A stretch of 64,000 bases of DNA from Cyanophora paradoxa CCMP329 (Eukaryota; Plantae; Glaucophyta): assembly GCA_004431415.1 (NCBI GenBank), contig QPMI01000610.1, positions 186,001-250,000 on the forward strand. Reading direction: 5' to 3'. The notes beneath the pieces are model-generated. The model saw only the letters and a program-made list of their open reading frames with translations, was not told where the DNA came from and ran no database searches. Shown here piece by piece: positions 11,214 to 24,188 of this stretch. The first letter of the stretch is position 1. Every line of letters starts with the position of its first letter. The translations under genes were made by a program, and so were the position numbers.

Positions 11214-13552
11214 TCACGCGTCCGGGCCGCCGGGGGTCTCTTCTCCACGCGTCCCATCGCCCTCGGCGGCCCCCGCAATCTCCGCAGCGGCGGCGGCGGG
11301 GGCGGCGGCGGGGGCGGCGGCGGCGGTGGGGGAGAGGACCGACGGGGCGCCCGCGCGGCGTGGGGCGGCGGCCCTGGCGCGGGGCTCAGGGGCGCACGAA
11401 GGGGCGGGGAGCGCCGCCGGGCCCCGCGCACCGCGCCGGCGAGGGCCGCGAGGCTGACAGTGCTCTTCACCGACTCGGCCGTCATCACGCCCTCCTCCGC
11501 CAGCGCCGCCGCCGCCGCCCGCCCGTTCGCGTGGTGCGGCCGCCGGGCGGCGTGCCTGCCCGCCGCGCGCGTGGGCGGAACGGAGGGGCGCGGCGGGGGC
11601 GGGCGGACCGGTCGGAGCCGTGGGAGGAGGCGGAGGAGGACTTGGGGAGGACGGCCCCCTCCTTGCTCGCCGCCCGCGGCCCCGCCGGCGCGCTGCGCAT
11701 GCGCCGCGTCGGGCGACCCCTCACCGGCGCTCGCGGGGTCGGGGCCGGCGGGGGCCCGGACCTCTGCGTCGTGCCGGGCCGGGAGGGCGGCATCTTGCCG
11801 GCGGCGGTCGCGCAGCGCTCGGCGAGGGAGGAGCCGAGGGGGCACGGGTCCGCCAGGCATGCCCGCACGTCCACGTCGACGGACGCCAGCATGTCCTCCA
11901 GCGGCAGGTCGTTGTCGTCTGGGGGGAGGGGGGAGAAGGGTACCGTTCGTTCGAGAGAAAAAGGCGGGGGTGGGAGGGGAGGGGGGTACCGTCGCCGAAG
12001 GGGTCCTCGAGCTCGGTGGCGATGCTCTTGAGGCCGTAGAAGACGAAGGAGAAGACCGCCATGATGAACGGGATCTGCCACTTCTGCTCCGGGGGTTACG
12101 GCTTTTTCAGATGCGTCGGGGGTACGGGGGCGCGAAGGTACGGGGGTACGAACCCGCTTGGCGTCGGAGCCCAGTATCGGCAAGAACACGAATGGGAGGG
12201 CGACGAAGTAGATGAACAGCGAGACCTGGAAAGGGGGGGGGGGGGGGGGGGGGGGAAAGAGGGAGGGGGATCAGTGGGATGGGGGAATGAAGAAGGGGTA
12301 CAGGACCGCACCTGGAGCATCTGGACGTAGGGGAAGGGTACGGGCGTGTCGCAGATGGCGTCGAGGGTACCGAAGCGTGTCAAGAGGTTCGAGATCTGGG
12401 GAAAGGTGATTCGGGGAGCAGGGAGCGGGCAAGGTTCCCCCAAGATACCATGGGGTCGATGTTTCGGAGGTGGGCGTTCTGGATGTACCCCTGCTTGTGG
12501 AGGCTGTGGATCTCGGCGCGGAGCCAGCCGGAGACGAGGACCGGCTTGCTGCCAGGGTACGCCTTAAAGCACTCCATCTCCGCCGGCGTGAGCCACTTCT
12601 CGATCTGGGTACTCGCGGGATCAGTATCGGGGGGGGGGGGAGTTGGGTGGGGTACGGGGCACCAGGCTGAGGTCGTCGCACTCGCCGCCGGAGTGCACGT
12701 GGATCGTCGCGGCGGTGAGGTACGCGGCCGCCAGGCGCACCTGCCCCGGCGTCGGCGGAGCGGGGCGGGGGGAGGAGGCGGAGGGGGTTACGGCGTTGGC
12801 GCGGGCGCGGGGGGCGTCGGGGAGGGAGGGGTCGACGAAAGAGATGAGCTGGGTGGCGAGGTCCCGCGTGAGGGAGACGAGGTGCGCGTAGCCCGTCCGC
12901 CCGTCCCTGCGCCCCCGGGGGCCCCGCCTCGCCCCAGGACCGGCCGGAGCGGGGGCGGGGGCCCAGCGCGGCGCGGGGGCGCACCAGAAGCGCTCGTAGG
13001 CGATGCGGGCGCGGTACACCTGGGGCCCGGCGCGTGAGGCGGGGGCGGCGGGGCCGGGGCCGCTGCGGCCCCCTGCCGCCCCGCGTCGGCCGGGGGCGCA
13101 CGAGCAGGAAGCCGAGGGCGACGGCCGAGAAGGAGTGCATCGTCGTCGGGATGCCGATCCCTGCGCCTCGGTCGGCCGGCGCTCCCGTGGCGCCGCCCGG
13201 CCGCCGGCGGGGCGCGCGCACCCTCTTTGACCGAGGGATCGCGCGGGATCCACGAGACGATCGCGCCCCAGGCCGCCGCCGCCATCGTCTGGTACATAAT
13301 GATCCTGCGCCCCTGCCGCTCGGCTGCCGCCGCCCCCGCACAAGCCCCGCCGGCCGCACCTGTAAACGCTCCCCTTCCATCTGCGCATGTGCGACCCGAA
13401 TCAGCGACTGGCGGAGCGCGCGGCGAGAGTTAGTGGGGCAGACCGCGCGAAGATCCAGAGCGTGTCTAGCCAGGTGCTGCAGGGCGGGGCGAGGTCAGCG
13501 AGACAGCTGCAGCGCCAGGGGAAGGGGCGCACCTTTGCGAGTAGTGGATCAT
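11214..13552 (-). CDS. Bestrophin-family anion channel (bacterial/algal type), 3' end approximate
   Basis: Spliced MIHYSQSTWLDTLWIFARWKGSVY..., GFLLVYRARIAYERFWDGR, TPVPFPYVQML, IATELEDPFGDDDNDLPL (acidic bestrophin motif). Confidence 0.9.
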
Positions 13553-14010
13553 CGCGCCGCGGCACCTAGGCTAGCTGCCCACGGGCACGAGCACAGGATC
13601 CCGTGCGGCACCAAGAGCTGCTGAGCAGTCTGCACCTGCTCAGCGCCGCTGATCCCAATCTGGCTGACGCGTTTGCCTGTACCAGTGGTTTCCTGCTTAT
13701 CTACCAGGCCCTTTTTGTTCAGCTCGCGTTGCTGGGGCCAGCGGTTAAAAAGCTTGCAGGTCAACCTGGGTACAGCATCTTCTGCGCCTTCTTCCGAAGG
13801 TTCGTCGGCAGCCTCTGGCGCGAGCGTTGGGGTGCTCGATGGCGTTCGATGGCTAGAGGGACGCTATTGGCGTGCCCGGGAGAGCGTTGACAGGAGAGAA
13901 ACTTCCGCGAGCCTTAGTGCTCGTGCAGCGGAACCTCTCTGGCCTCTCCTTCCAGGCGGCTAGGCGATGGCTTGTTGCGATAGCCTCGCTCACGCGCGCG
14001 CATGCGCAGG

Positions 14011-14681
14011 ATGAAGCTCGCTGTTGCATTCGTCCTCGCGATTGCGCTCTGCGCGGTCGCTGTCAACGCGAAGTCGAAGTACGACGATGTCAAGGCGAGT
14101 ACAGGGCCATTGCGGGTCCGCCTGGCCTGTCCCGGGCCTGACGGGTTCGCAGAACCTGTCCGTCGGCGTCAAGTTCAAGCCCGAGAAGTGCGACAAGAAG
14201 ACGAAGAGCGGCGACACGCTGAAGATCCACTACACCGGCACGCTGACAAACGGCGAGAAGTTCGACAGCTCCGTCGACCGCGGCGACCCCTTCCAGTTCA
14301 CCCTTGTGCCCGCCCCCGCCCGCCCGCCCGCGGGCCCCGCCGCCCTCGCCGACGCCCCCGTCCTCGCAGGGCCGTGGCCAGGTCATCAAGGGTGGGCCCG
14401 GCGCACGCGGCCGGTCCGACCGCAGCCGCACCCGCGCTGACGGGATGCGCCCTCGCAGGCTGGGACGAGGGCCTCACGAACATGTGCATCGGCGAGAAGC
14501 GCAAGCTCGTCATCCCCTCCAACAAGGGCTACGGCGAGCGCGGCTCCCCCCCGAAGATCCCCGGTGCGGCCCCCGGCCCTTTCCAGCTCGCCAGCACGCC
14601 CCGCCGGCTTCCCCTCGCGACCGTACTCGTGCAGGCGGCGCGACTCTCATCTTCGAGACCGAGCTGATCGACATCCTGTGA
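14011..14681 (+). CDS. FKBP2: Secretory-pathway FKBP peptidyl-prolyl isomerase (FKBP2/FKBP13-like), 5 coding exons
   Basis: Signal peptide [88 protein letters not shown]. Confidence 0.93.
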
Positions 14682-14902
14682 GGGCGCACCCCGCTGGCGA
14701 GGTCGGCGCGGGTCCCCTCGGATGCCCCCGCCTCTCGCCCCCGGCGACACCTGCTTCCCTCTTTTTAATGGACTGAAAAGAGTGAATCGACACGCACGCG
14801 CGCTCCCGCCGGGCCGGCCGCGGGCGCCGAGAGGGGCGAGAGCTGGAATCATACGTTGGAATTCAGGCGCTCGGATGCGAGGAGAAGCGCCAGTCTGGGA
14901 GG

Positions 14903-16733
14903 CTACAGGGCTGGGGCGGCGGCGAAGAAGGCGGCGGCCCCCGCGATGCGCTCGGGCCGCAGGTTCAGCAGCGCGTCCGTCTCCGCCTGCGCGCACGACG
15001 AAAGTCAGGGGAGGAAGGGGCGGGCGGGGGAGGAGAGGGTGCGGGGCGGGCCAGGAGGTTGGAGGGGTCGCCGAGGACGAGCGGCCGCCCCGCCGGCCCC
15101 CGCAGCGCGTGCTGCGCCACCGAGAGCCCGCTCAGCGCGTAGCACGTGTGGTAGAAGTCCGGCGACCTGGGGGGGTGAGGTTTCAGAGGGGTACACGGGT
15201 GTTCGAAGGGGGGCGCGGCGCACTTTCCGGGCTTGTCGCGGAGGCCGCCACCGCTCTCCGGCTGGCAGCACGCGAGGACGTACCCCTGCAGCGCCAGCTG
15301 CGCGGGCCGGCTCGACGAAAGGGGGGGGGAGAGGGAGAGGGGTACGGCGGGCCTGGTCGAAGAGGGCGTCCCCCGCGTCGCCGTCGGCCGCCGCGGGCCG
15401 GCGCCAGCGCTCCGCCCGCGCCCGCCGCGCCAGCCGCGGCGCCTCCTCCTCCTCCTCCTCCTCCCAGCCGCCCCCCTGCTCCTCCCCCTCGCCCTCCGCC
15501 TCCTCCGCCTCCGCGCCCCTCCGCGCGGTCTCGGGGGCCGCCTCCACGTGCAGGATCGGGAAGAGGGCGCCCTGGGGTGCGGCGCGGTCAGGCGGCAGGG
15601 CGAGGACGACCGGGAAGGGCGGGGGCGCGCGCCTGCCAGTAGGAGTAGCAGGAGTCGACGAGCTTGTTGGTGCGGCCGTGGAAGCCGCCCTCGAGGCGCA
15701 TCTGGCGCCCGGCCGCCCAGCGCAGCAGCCGCGCCCGGTCCACCGCCGCCTCCCGCCCCATCACCCGCAGCGCCGCGAAGCCGCAGAACGTGTACCCCCC
15801 GTGCGCCTCGTTCCCCGGCTCGCCGCCGAGGCCCCCCTCGAAGGTCTGGCAGCTGCGCGGGGCGCGCGGGGCGCGCGAGTCGGTGTGAGGCGACTGTGGG
15901 GAGGCGGCGGGGCGGCGGGCGGGGCAGGCGGGGCGGGGCGGGGACCTGGCGACCCAGCGGTCGGTGCCTTGGAAGAGCTCCCAGCGGTCCGCCCTGTCGA
16001 GCCCGAGGAGGGAGTAGACCGCGGCCGCCGTGTACACGCCCCTGTGGCCGCCTCGGCGGGGGCGCTCGCAGGGCGCCCGGGCGACGCGATGCGGCGCGGC
16101 GCACCGCACGTCCGTCTCCCCGTCGTCGTGCATGCGGAACGAGCAGTCGGCGCTCTTGATGCTCCGCAGGAAGCGCAGCAGGCCGGCCCTGCGCCGGCGC
16201 GGATTCGAATGTGCGAGGAGAGACACGCCGGCCGGCGGCGCGCCGCACCGGTCGATGCTGGCGAGCGCGGCTTCCGTGCCGATGACGAGGAGCGCGTTCA
16301 CTGCCGCGAACGTCGGCGCGAGGTGCGGGACCTGGCCGGGGCCGCCTCCGAAGCCGCCCGTCGGGTGCTGGCACCGCCGCAGAAAGTCGATCACGCTGCG
16401 CCCGCGTGAGCGATACGCGAGCGCCGCGCGGCGCATTGCGCACTAGGACACTTGGTCGCTCGTCCGCGGCACGGCGTCGAGCAGGTCGAGGGCGTGCAGG
16501 ATCCAGTAGCAGAGCCAGGGCCGGCTCGCGTCGAGCGAGACGAAGCCGGCCGGCAGGTTCACGAGCCCCTTCAGCAGGAACTTGACCGTCTCGTCGCGCT
16601 TGAGGCGGAGGGCGCGCGCGAGGGTCGGGTCTTGCGCGAGCTCCGCGTACAGCGACGAGACCGTGCGCTCGAGGCGGCGCTGCTCGGTGGCCGTCAGCGT
16701 CGCCGCCGACTGAGGGATCGCCAGCGTGTCCAT
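14903..16733 (-). CDS. FNTB: Protein farnesyltransferase beta subunit
   Basis: LDASRPWLCYWILHAL, GGFGGGPGQVPHLAPTFAAV, GETDVRGVY, EAHGGYTFCG, GRTNKLVDSCYSYWQ, GLRDKPGK..DFYHTCYALSGLS. Confidence 0.96.
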
Positions 16734-16856
16734 CGCGCCGGCCCGCGAGCTCGCAGCGCGGCCGAAATGCCCCGCCTGGGATTCGACCCCCAAGGTCCCG
16801 CCCCGCGCAGTGGTAGCACTCGCGCATTCGAACTCGAGCTCATCATTCTTCGCAAA

Positions 16857-19800
16857 CTACAACGCAGCCACGGAGGCCGAGGAGGGCGCAGGGGGAGGGA
16901 CGTCGACGGGGGCGGCCGCGGCCGTTGGTGGGGCGGCCGAGCTCGAAATGGAAGCGCCCTGGGCGGGGGGCCCCGGGGCGAGGGCCGGCGGCTCGTCCTC
17001 CTCGTCCTCCTCGTCGGGCGCGTCGAAGGGCGTCACGCGGTCCGCCGCCAGCGTGCGGCCCCGCTGCCGCCGGAACTGCAGAGGGGGCGAGCCCCGTCAG
17101 AAGGGGCGGTGGAGGGCGGCGGGGAGGGGCACGCGCCTCGAGCAGCTCCTCGTCGCTGTCGTCCCCCCCGCGCTCCTCCTCCGCGGCAGGGACCGGCGCG
17201 GCCGCCGCTGCAGGAGCCGCCCCGCCTGCGGGCTCGGGCGGCTGGGGAGCCGCGGCCGGCGGCGGAGCGGGGGCGGGGCGGGCGGCAGCGCGGGCGCCTG
17301 CGACGGCTTCGCGGGGGAGGGCCGCGCGGGGGAGGACTCGTGGAAGAGCGGCGGGCGGGGCACGGAGCGCGCCCGCTGCGGCGTGCCCGCCGCCGCGGCC
17401 GCCCGCGGAGGGCGGCCGGCAGGGAGCGGTGGGGCGAGCCGGCGGCGGCGGCTGCGGCGGCGGCGGCGGCGGAGACGGAGGCGGCGAGGGAGTGGACAAA
17501 GGGGGAGGTGAGGTTGGAGCGGCCCGGGGAGCGCCCGAGGAGGCCCCCGGGGGAGCGCAGGAAGCTGTCCAGGATCCCCTCGCCGGGCCCTGCCCCCCCG
17601 CGTTGAGGAGGGCGAGAGGGAGGAGGGGGCGGGGGCGCACGCGTCGGGCTGATCTCGTCCCCGGGCGAGGCGCCCGACGCCGAGGCGGCCGGCGGGGCTG
17701 TCGCCGGCCGCTCCGGCCTGCGAGGCTCCCGTGAGCGGCGCAGCGGGGCGAGGGGCGGCGCGGCGCGCACGAGGGCCCTGCGGGCGGCGCGGGGCCGGCA
17801 GAGGCCTCGGCGGGGCGGCCGTCCGTGGGCGGCCGCGAAGGGGACCCCAGCATCGGGTCGAAGCCCATAAAGTCTACCGCGGACGACAGGCGCGTCAGGG
17901 GCGCCGGCACGAGGCGAGCGCGGGCACGGGCGCGGGCGGGGGCACCGGCGAGGTCGGGGGTCTGCGGGAGGCCCGGGGTGGCCGGCGGCCCATCGAAGCC
18001 TGGCGGGCGGGGTTAGTGAGGGGAAGAAGAGGGGATGGGACGAAGGACGAGGCGCACGAATGGAAGAGAGGGAGGGGGCGGAGGGGGCGGAGAGGGCGGG
18101 GCGGCTGGCGGAGGGGCCGGGGCCGGCCGGGGCGAGGGCCCCCGCGAGCCGAACATGCTGTCGTAGATGTCGATCGAGGGGGGCGCCGCCGAGGCCTCGG
18201 GCGGCGCGAGGGCCGAAGGGCGGCCACGGGCGGCGCGGCCGGCGGGGCCGACGGCGCGGGGCCGCCGCCGCCTCGACGTGGGAGCTGAAGGGGACGAAGC
18301 GGGCGAACCGAGCTGCATCGGGAGGGGTGGCCGGCGCGGCCCCGCGGCCCGAGGCAGAGGTGGAGGAGGAAGAGGAGGCGGAGGGGGAGGGCCCGGGGTG
18401 CCGGGGCCGGCGGGGCGGGGCGGCGCCGGGCGCGAGGGGGACGGCTGCGCGGAGGAGGAGGAGGGGCCGGGGCGGGCCGGGGAGGCGGCGGCGCCCGGCT
18501 GGGGCTCGGAGGCGAGGACGGTGTCGAACCAGCCGACGGAGATGTTGCTGCTCTCGTCGTGGAGGGCGGCGGCGGCGGCGGGGGTGGCGGGGAGGAGGAG
18601 GGCGGGGGAGGGGGCCTGGAGGGCGCCGCTGGAGGGCGCCTGCGCGTGCTGCCCGCCGATGATGGCGACGGGGGCGCCCTGCGAGTCCTCCCCGAAGAGC
18701 AGGCCCTCGTCCCCCGTCGGGAGCGCCAGCGCCGCCGTCGGCAGCACCGCCGCCAGCGCGCCCACGTCCCCGGGGCGGGGCATCGCCGCCTGCCGGCCCC
18801 GCAGCGCGTACTCCTCCTTGAGGATCTCCTCGCGGAGGGCGCCCTCGACGAGCGTGCGGGCCCCGCCCTGCACGCGCCACACCGTCGGAGCCTCGCCCTC
18901 CCACGTCACCTCGTACGAGGTCGAGTCCGCCCTGGGCGCCGGCGGCCCGATGAGGCCCCCGCCCAGCCGCGCCAGCCCCGGCGCCAGCGTCCCCGGCGGC
19001 GGCAGCGGCGCCGCCGCCGGCACGGCGGCCGGAAGCGGCGCAGGCGGCAGCGCGGCGGCGATTGAGGCGGCGGCGGCGGCGGCCCGCGGGCGCGGCCCTT
19101 CGGGGCCGCCGGCCGCGGGCGCCGGACGCCTGCGCGCGGGAGGGAGGGGGAGCGAGATCGGGGGTTCAGCGTGACGAGGGGCACGGGCCGAAGGCGCCGG
19201 GCCCCGAGGGGAAGCCGGCCGAAGGGCCGCGGAGGGGCGCCGGGCTGAGAGGTATGAGCGGGAGGGAGAGCGGAAGGGCGCGGTCGGTGACTCGGGCGCT
19301 GGCGCCGGGACGGCGGGGGCCTCGGGGCGCGCGGGAGGGCCGGCTCCTGGGCGGGCGGCGAGGCGGAGCGGCGGCGGGCGGGGGCGCGCCCGTGGCGGCG
19401 GTGACGGCGGGGAGGACCGCGGCGAGGAGAGGTTCGCAAGCACCTCCGGGGGCAGCGGCGCCGGGCCCCGCTGCGGCTCGGGGGCCCCGCCGCGGCGGCC
19501 GGCGCCGGCGCCGGCGCGGAATCGGAAAGGGGGAACGAGGGCGCCCTGACTCCACGGGCGCCGGGAGGGGCTCCGCCGTGGAGGCCGCGCCGGCGGGGGC
19601 GCCGGGTCGGGGCGGCGTGCGCCGGGGCGGGCCGGAGGAGCGCGGACGCGTGCGTCACCTCGAGGGTCGGCACGAGGGCGGGGGGAGGGGCTGGGAGGGC
19701 GCCGGGGCGGGGGCGGGGGCGCGGGTCGCGCGGGGAGGGTGGTAGGGGGTGATGGGGAGGAAGGAGAAGTCGGTGGGATGTGGGGGGTGCTGGGCGCCGC

Positions 19801-22800
19801 CCCCGCGGGCCGCGAGGGGTCCGAGGGGGAGGCCAGCAGCCGCTCGATGTCCGCCAGGGCCGCCGGCGGGGCCGCGGACTCCGGCGTCTTGGCGGCGGCC
19901 GGCGGGCCGGCGTGCGGGCGCCCGGCGGGGGCGCGGAGGGCGAGGGGCCGCCCGGGGTGAAGCCGGCGAGGTCGACGGTGGCGAAGAGGGTGCCCGGGGA
20001 GAGCAGGAGGGGCATGCTGGCGAGCGCCGTGATCGCCGAGGGCGAGAGGGGCGTCCCCGGCACCCCCGCCGAGGCCGGCGCCCCCTGCAGCGGCGTCCTC
20101 GAGCCGCCGGGCACCGCCAGCGCGCCCGGCCTCGCCGCCCCCGCCGCCCCAGCGGCCCCGCGCCTGCCGCTGCTGGCGCCGGCGCCGGGGCTGGCACGGC
20201 GGTGGCGGCATCCGTCCCGGCGGCGGCGCCGGGGCCATCGGCGGGAGCGCAGAACCAGGCAGGGGCGCGGTCGGGGGCGGAGGTGGGGGCGGGAGGCGCC
20301 CGGTGGGGCGCCGCCGGCCTGGAAGAGCACGCGGGTGCTGCGGAAGCGGCTCGCGGCCGCCAGCGCCGAGGCCGAGGGCGCGCAGGGGACCGCCCCCGGG
20401 ACTGTCGGGGCCGGCGCCGGGGCGGGGCGGCCGGCGCCGGCTTGGCAGCGGCCTCGTCGGGGAGGGGCGGGGGCGGGAGGGCGCCGGGAGGCGGCGGGGT
20501 ACGGGCCCTCGCCGGAGTCGGCGAGGCGGCGGCCGACGCTGGTCGGGTCGCGGCCGTCGAGGAGGGCCCGCACCACCGCCGGCTCCCGCCCCGGCAGCTG
20601 CGCACGGTCACGCGGCGCCGCTCGCTGGGGGGCGGGCGGCGGGGCGGCAAAGCGCGCACCCAGCCGACGACGGTCGCCGCGAGCCGCGCCCTCGAGTCCT
20701 CGTCCAGCACCAGCGTCGCCTGCTCGGGCCGCTGAGGACGAAGCGAGGAGGAAGAGAGGGGGTCGCGGGCGGGGCCGCACGGCGAAGGAGCCGCCGAGCT
20801 GGCGGCGGAGGATCTCGAGCTCCCAGTCCTCGAGGGGCCGCCGGCTCGCCACGTCCCAGTCCTTGCACGGGTTCGGCGGCGCCGTCCGGTGCCACATCTT
20901 CTTCAGCCGGTTCATGATCCGCCACGGCTGCTTGTTCGGCACGAAGTGCTGCGGCGGGGGTAAGAGGCGTGCCGCACGGCTCGCGGCCGGCGGGGGTAGG
21001 CGGGCCTGGGAGATGGCGGGGTAGTTCGTTCCGAAGCGGAGGAGGCCGTACGCTACCAGGCTGCCGGGGGTACCGTTCCAGATCGGAAGGGGGGGGGAGG
21101 GGGGGGGGGTTAGGGGCAAAGGTGATCGCACTCGTCCTCGGCTTTGGTGAAGCGCTTCGCGAGGAGCGGGCGCTTGGAGGGGACTGCGGGGCGGCCGCGT
21201 CAGAGGCGGGCGGCAAGGGCGCGAAGGGGCGGGAGGGAGGGAGGGGTACAGGGACGGAAGAAGCAGTCGGGGTCGAATCGGGGCAGGAAGCGTTGCAGGA
21301 AGCGCTCGACCTCGGGCGAGGCGCACAGAGCCGTCCCCGTGAGGTCCGCCAGCTCCTGCGCCGGCGTCGCGGCCCTCAGAGTCGAACGCGGCGGACCCTC
21401 GCGGGCAAGAGCGCACCTCGACGGCGGCGACGGCGCCGGCGAGAGGCGGCACCTCCAGCACCGAGGCGACGGCGGCGCTGCCGGCGGCCGGCGCTGGGCG
21501 GGGCTAAGCGGAGGCGGCGAGGCGGGGAGCCGGGCGCGCGGGCGGGGCGGCGGCACCGATGGCGAGGGCCGTCTTGTACTGCACGGTGGCCTCCTTGCGG
21601 CGGCTGATCTCCCGCAGGAGGTCGGCGCGCCCCGCGAGCAGCGCCCGCCGCTCCCCGGCCTCCAGCGGCCGCGCCTCCGCGAGGCACTCCCGCTCGTCCT
21701 TGTCCGGCTGGCACCCGGTCACCTCGCACTCGCTGGCCCCCTCCCACGCCAGCCGCCCGCACGTCTGCAGCAGCAGCTGCACGTGCTGCTCCCCGGGCCG
21801 TCAGGGGGGACGAACACGTAGCGGAAGCGGGGGCGGGGCGGGGCGGCGCCTGCTGGAGCTGGAGGTGGAGGGTGGCGAGTTGGGCCGGCGCGAACGGCTC
21901 CGCCTGCGTCGCCTGCAGGCTCGGCAGCGAGACCGGCAGCCGCGCGTGGCTCCCCAGGCCCGCCTCTGAGCCCAGGCGTGAGAGACGAAGAGCCGGGAAG
22001 GGGAGGAGGGTTGGCCGGCTCACGGGCGTTGCGGAGGCGGTGCATGCGGGTGTCGGGGGGCAGGCCCTCCAGGAACAGGTCCCGCACCTCCTCCACTGCG
22101 GCGCCCGGGGTCGAGGGGGGTACGCGGGGCGCGGGGGGTACCGCCGCACGCGTGACGGGCTCGTCGACAACGGCCATCGGATCCACGTCCTCCTCTTCCT
22201 CCTCCTCCTCCGCGCCCTGAGGGGAGGGGGTACGCGTTAATCCCAGTGGTACAGGGCGACGGGAGGGGCGGGTACGCGATCACCTCGAGGGCGGTTGGGG
22301 GTACGTAGTCGTCGTCGTCGTCGTCGTTCAGGTCGATGTCGGCGGCGGCCGCCGCTGCCGCTGCGGCGAAAGCGCCGTCGTCCGCCCCGGGCACGCCTGG
22401 CATCTCACCGAAAGCCTCTGCGGGTGCGGGTCAGAGGCGCGGGGGGGCAAGAGAAGGGGGTACGGCGCGCCTGCGATCATCGCGGAGAGCCCCGGGACGG
22501 GGGAGGAGGCGGCGGGGGAGGGGAGGAAGCCGCCGGAGCCGGGGGCGCGGCGCGGGGTGCGGGCCTGGGGGCCCGAGGGCGGGCCGGAGCCGCCGGAAGC
22601 GGGACCCAGCCCGAAAGAGGCGGCGTGGGGCCCCAGAGGCGTCGCCACGGACGAGCCGGTCGGCCCAGGCGCGCCGGGGCCGCTGCCGGGAGCGGAGGAG
22701 GAGGAGGGGGCGGCGTGGAGGGCGGCGGTGTCGCGCATGGTGGCGTGCAGGGAGGCGAGGAAGCGCGAGTACTGCTCGTCCGCCGCCTCCCGGCTGTTCT

Positions 22801-23900
22801 CCCCGTCCTCCTCCCCGTCCTCCTCCCCCTCCTCCTCCTCCTCCTCCCCGCCCTCCTCCCCGCCCTCCTCCTCCGACCCGGAGCCCGAGCCGCTGCTCCC
22901 GCCGGCGCTCTCCTCCTCCGCTTCCGTCGCGCCCTCCCCCGCCGCCGCTCCCTCCGCCGCCGGCCCGCTGGAGCGGGGCGTCCGCCGGCTGCTGCCGCCG
23001 GCCCCGAGCTTGCGGGCGCGCCGGGAGGGGCCGCCGCGCCCGCCGAGCGGGCCGCCCCGCCTCCTCCGCTTCCCGCGGGGCCTCTGCGGCGACGCCGGCG
23101 GCGTCCCGTCCCTCAGAAGGCCTGCGCAGGCCGCTCAGCCCCGTCGGAAGCGGCGCCCCGAGCCCCAGAGGCGAAGCGCGCCGGCGATCTCGTCGATCTG
23201 GATGTCCTGCAGCGAGTGGTGCGCGCGCGTGCGCTTGCTGATCCCGGAGGCCGGCTCGTCCAGCTCCCCCAGGCCCTCCTGCCGGCGCCGCGTGAGCAGG
23301 GCGCGCCGCCCGGGGCGGGGGGAGGCCGCACGAAGAACTCGGCGAGGCTCCGCTCGCCAGAGTCGGAGGAAAGCTGGGGCGGGGCGGGGCGGCGCGATCA
23401 GACGGGCGAGCGGGATGCGGCGAGGGGAGCTCCCACCACGTCGACGTCCCGGGCGCGGCCCCCCGCCCCGCGCGCGCCCGCCGCCGGCGTGGCTTCCTCC
23501 TCCTCCCCGTCCCACTCGCTCCCGCAGTCCTCCCTGTCGGCGAGCTGCTCGAGCTGCACGAGCCAGTGCGGTTCGCTGCTGCGAAAGCGCGCGAAGCGAG
23601 TCAGCGGCGGAGCGGAACAGGCGCGGGCCGGGCGGTGGCGGGAAGCTAAGGGAGCGCTCGCCTGGGGGGAGGCACAACATGGGACTCGATGCTTTCCTTC
23701 GGCGGCTCGACCGGCAATGCGGCGGGGCCCTCCGGCTCCGCGCTCTCGGCAAGCGAGCGGAGCGCCCGCCGGGCCGATTTCCTCGCGCTGCCGCGGGAGC
23801 CGGAGCTGAGCTCGCCTGCATCCGGTGACTCTGCATCCTTCTTGCGCTTCGCGCGCGCCGATGCAGGCGTCCCGCGCGTCGACGAGGCCGTGCCGCGCAT
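16857..23900 (-). CDS. GON4L: GON4L/YY1AP1/DUO3-like chromatin/transcription regulator with a SANT/Myb-like domain and a long low-complexity tail
   Basis: Family motifs in order: ISKRTRAHHSLQDIQIDEI, EYSRFLASL, DDDDDYVP, QLQQHVQLLLQT, FTKAEDE-LVAYGLLRFGTNYPAISQHFVPNKQPWRIMNRLKKM...PPNPCK. C-terminal exon structure is uncertain. Confidence 0.75.
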
Positions 23901-24188
23901 GCTTGCGGCGGCGAGGCGGGCTGCCTATAACGCTCTTTTACAACCCATCTGCGTGCCGCAGGCGCCTCCTATCACGCGCCGCCGCCGCACGGGGGGTAGA
24001 GGCAGCGTCTTTTGACCTTCCAGACGCCGGGTCGACGCCGACGAGGGGCACTTTCTTCCCGAGGGCACCCCGTGCGACAGGACAGCAGACAACCCGCGGA
24101 GGAGCGCGCGGTATGTCCTCGCATTGCGGCAGAAAGAAAAATCGGACGCCTGACCGAGTCGCAGGCCTTCGAAGTTAGTGGCGCCAGA

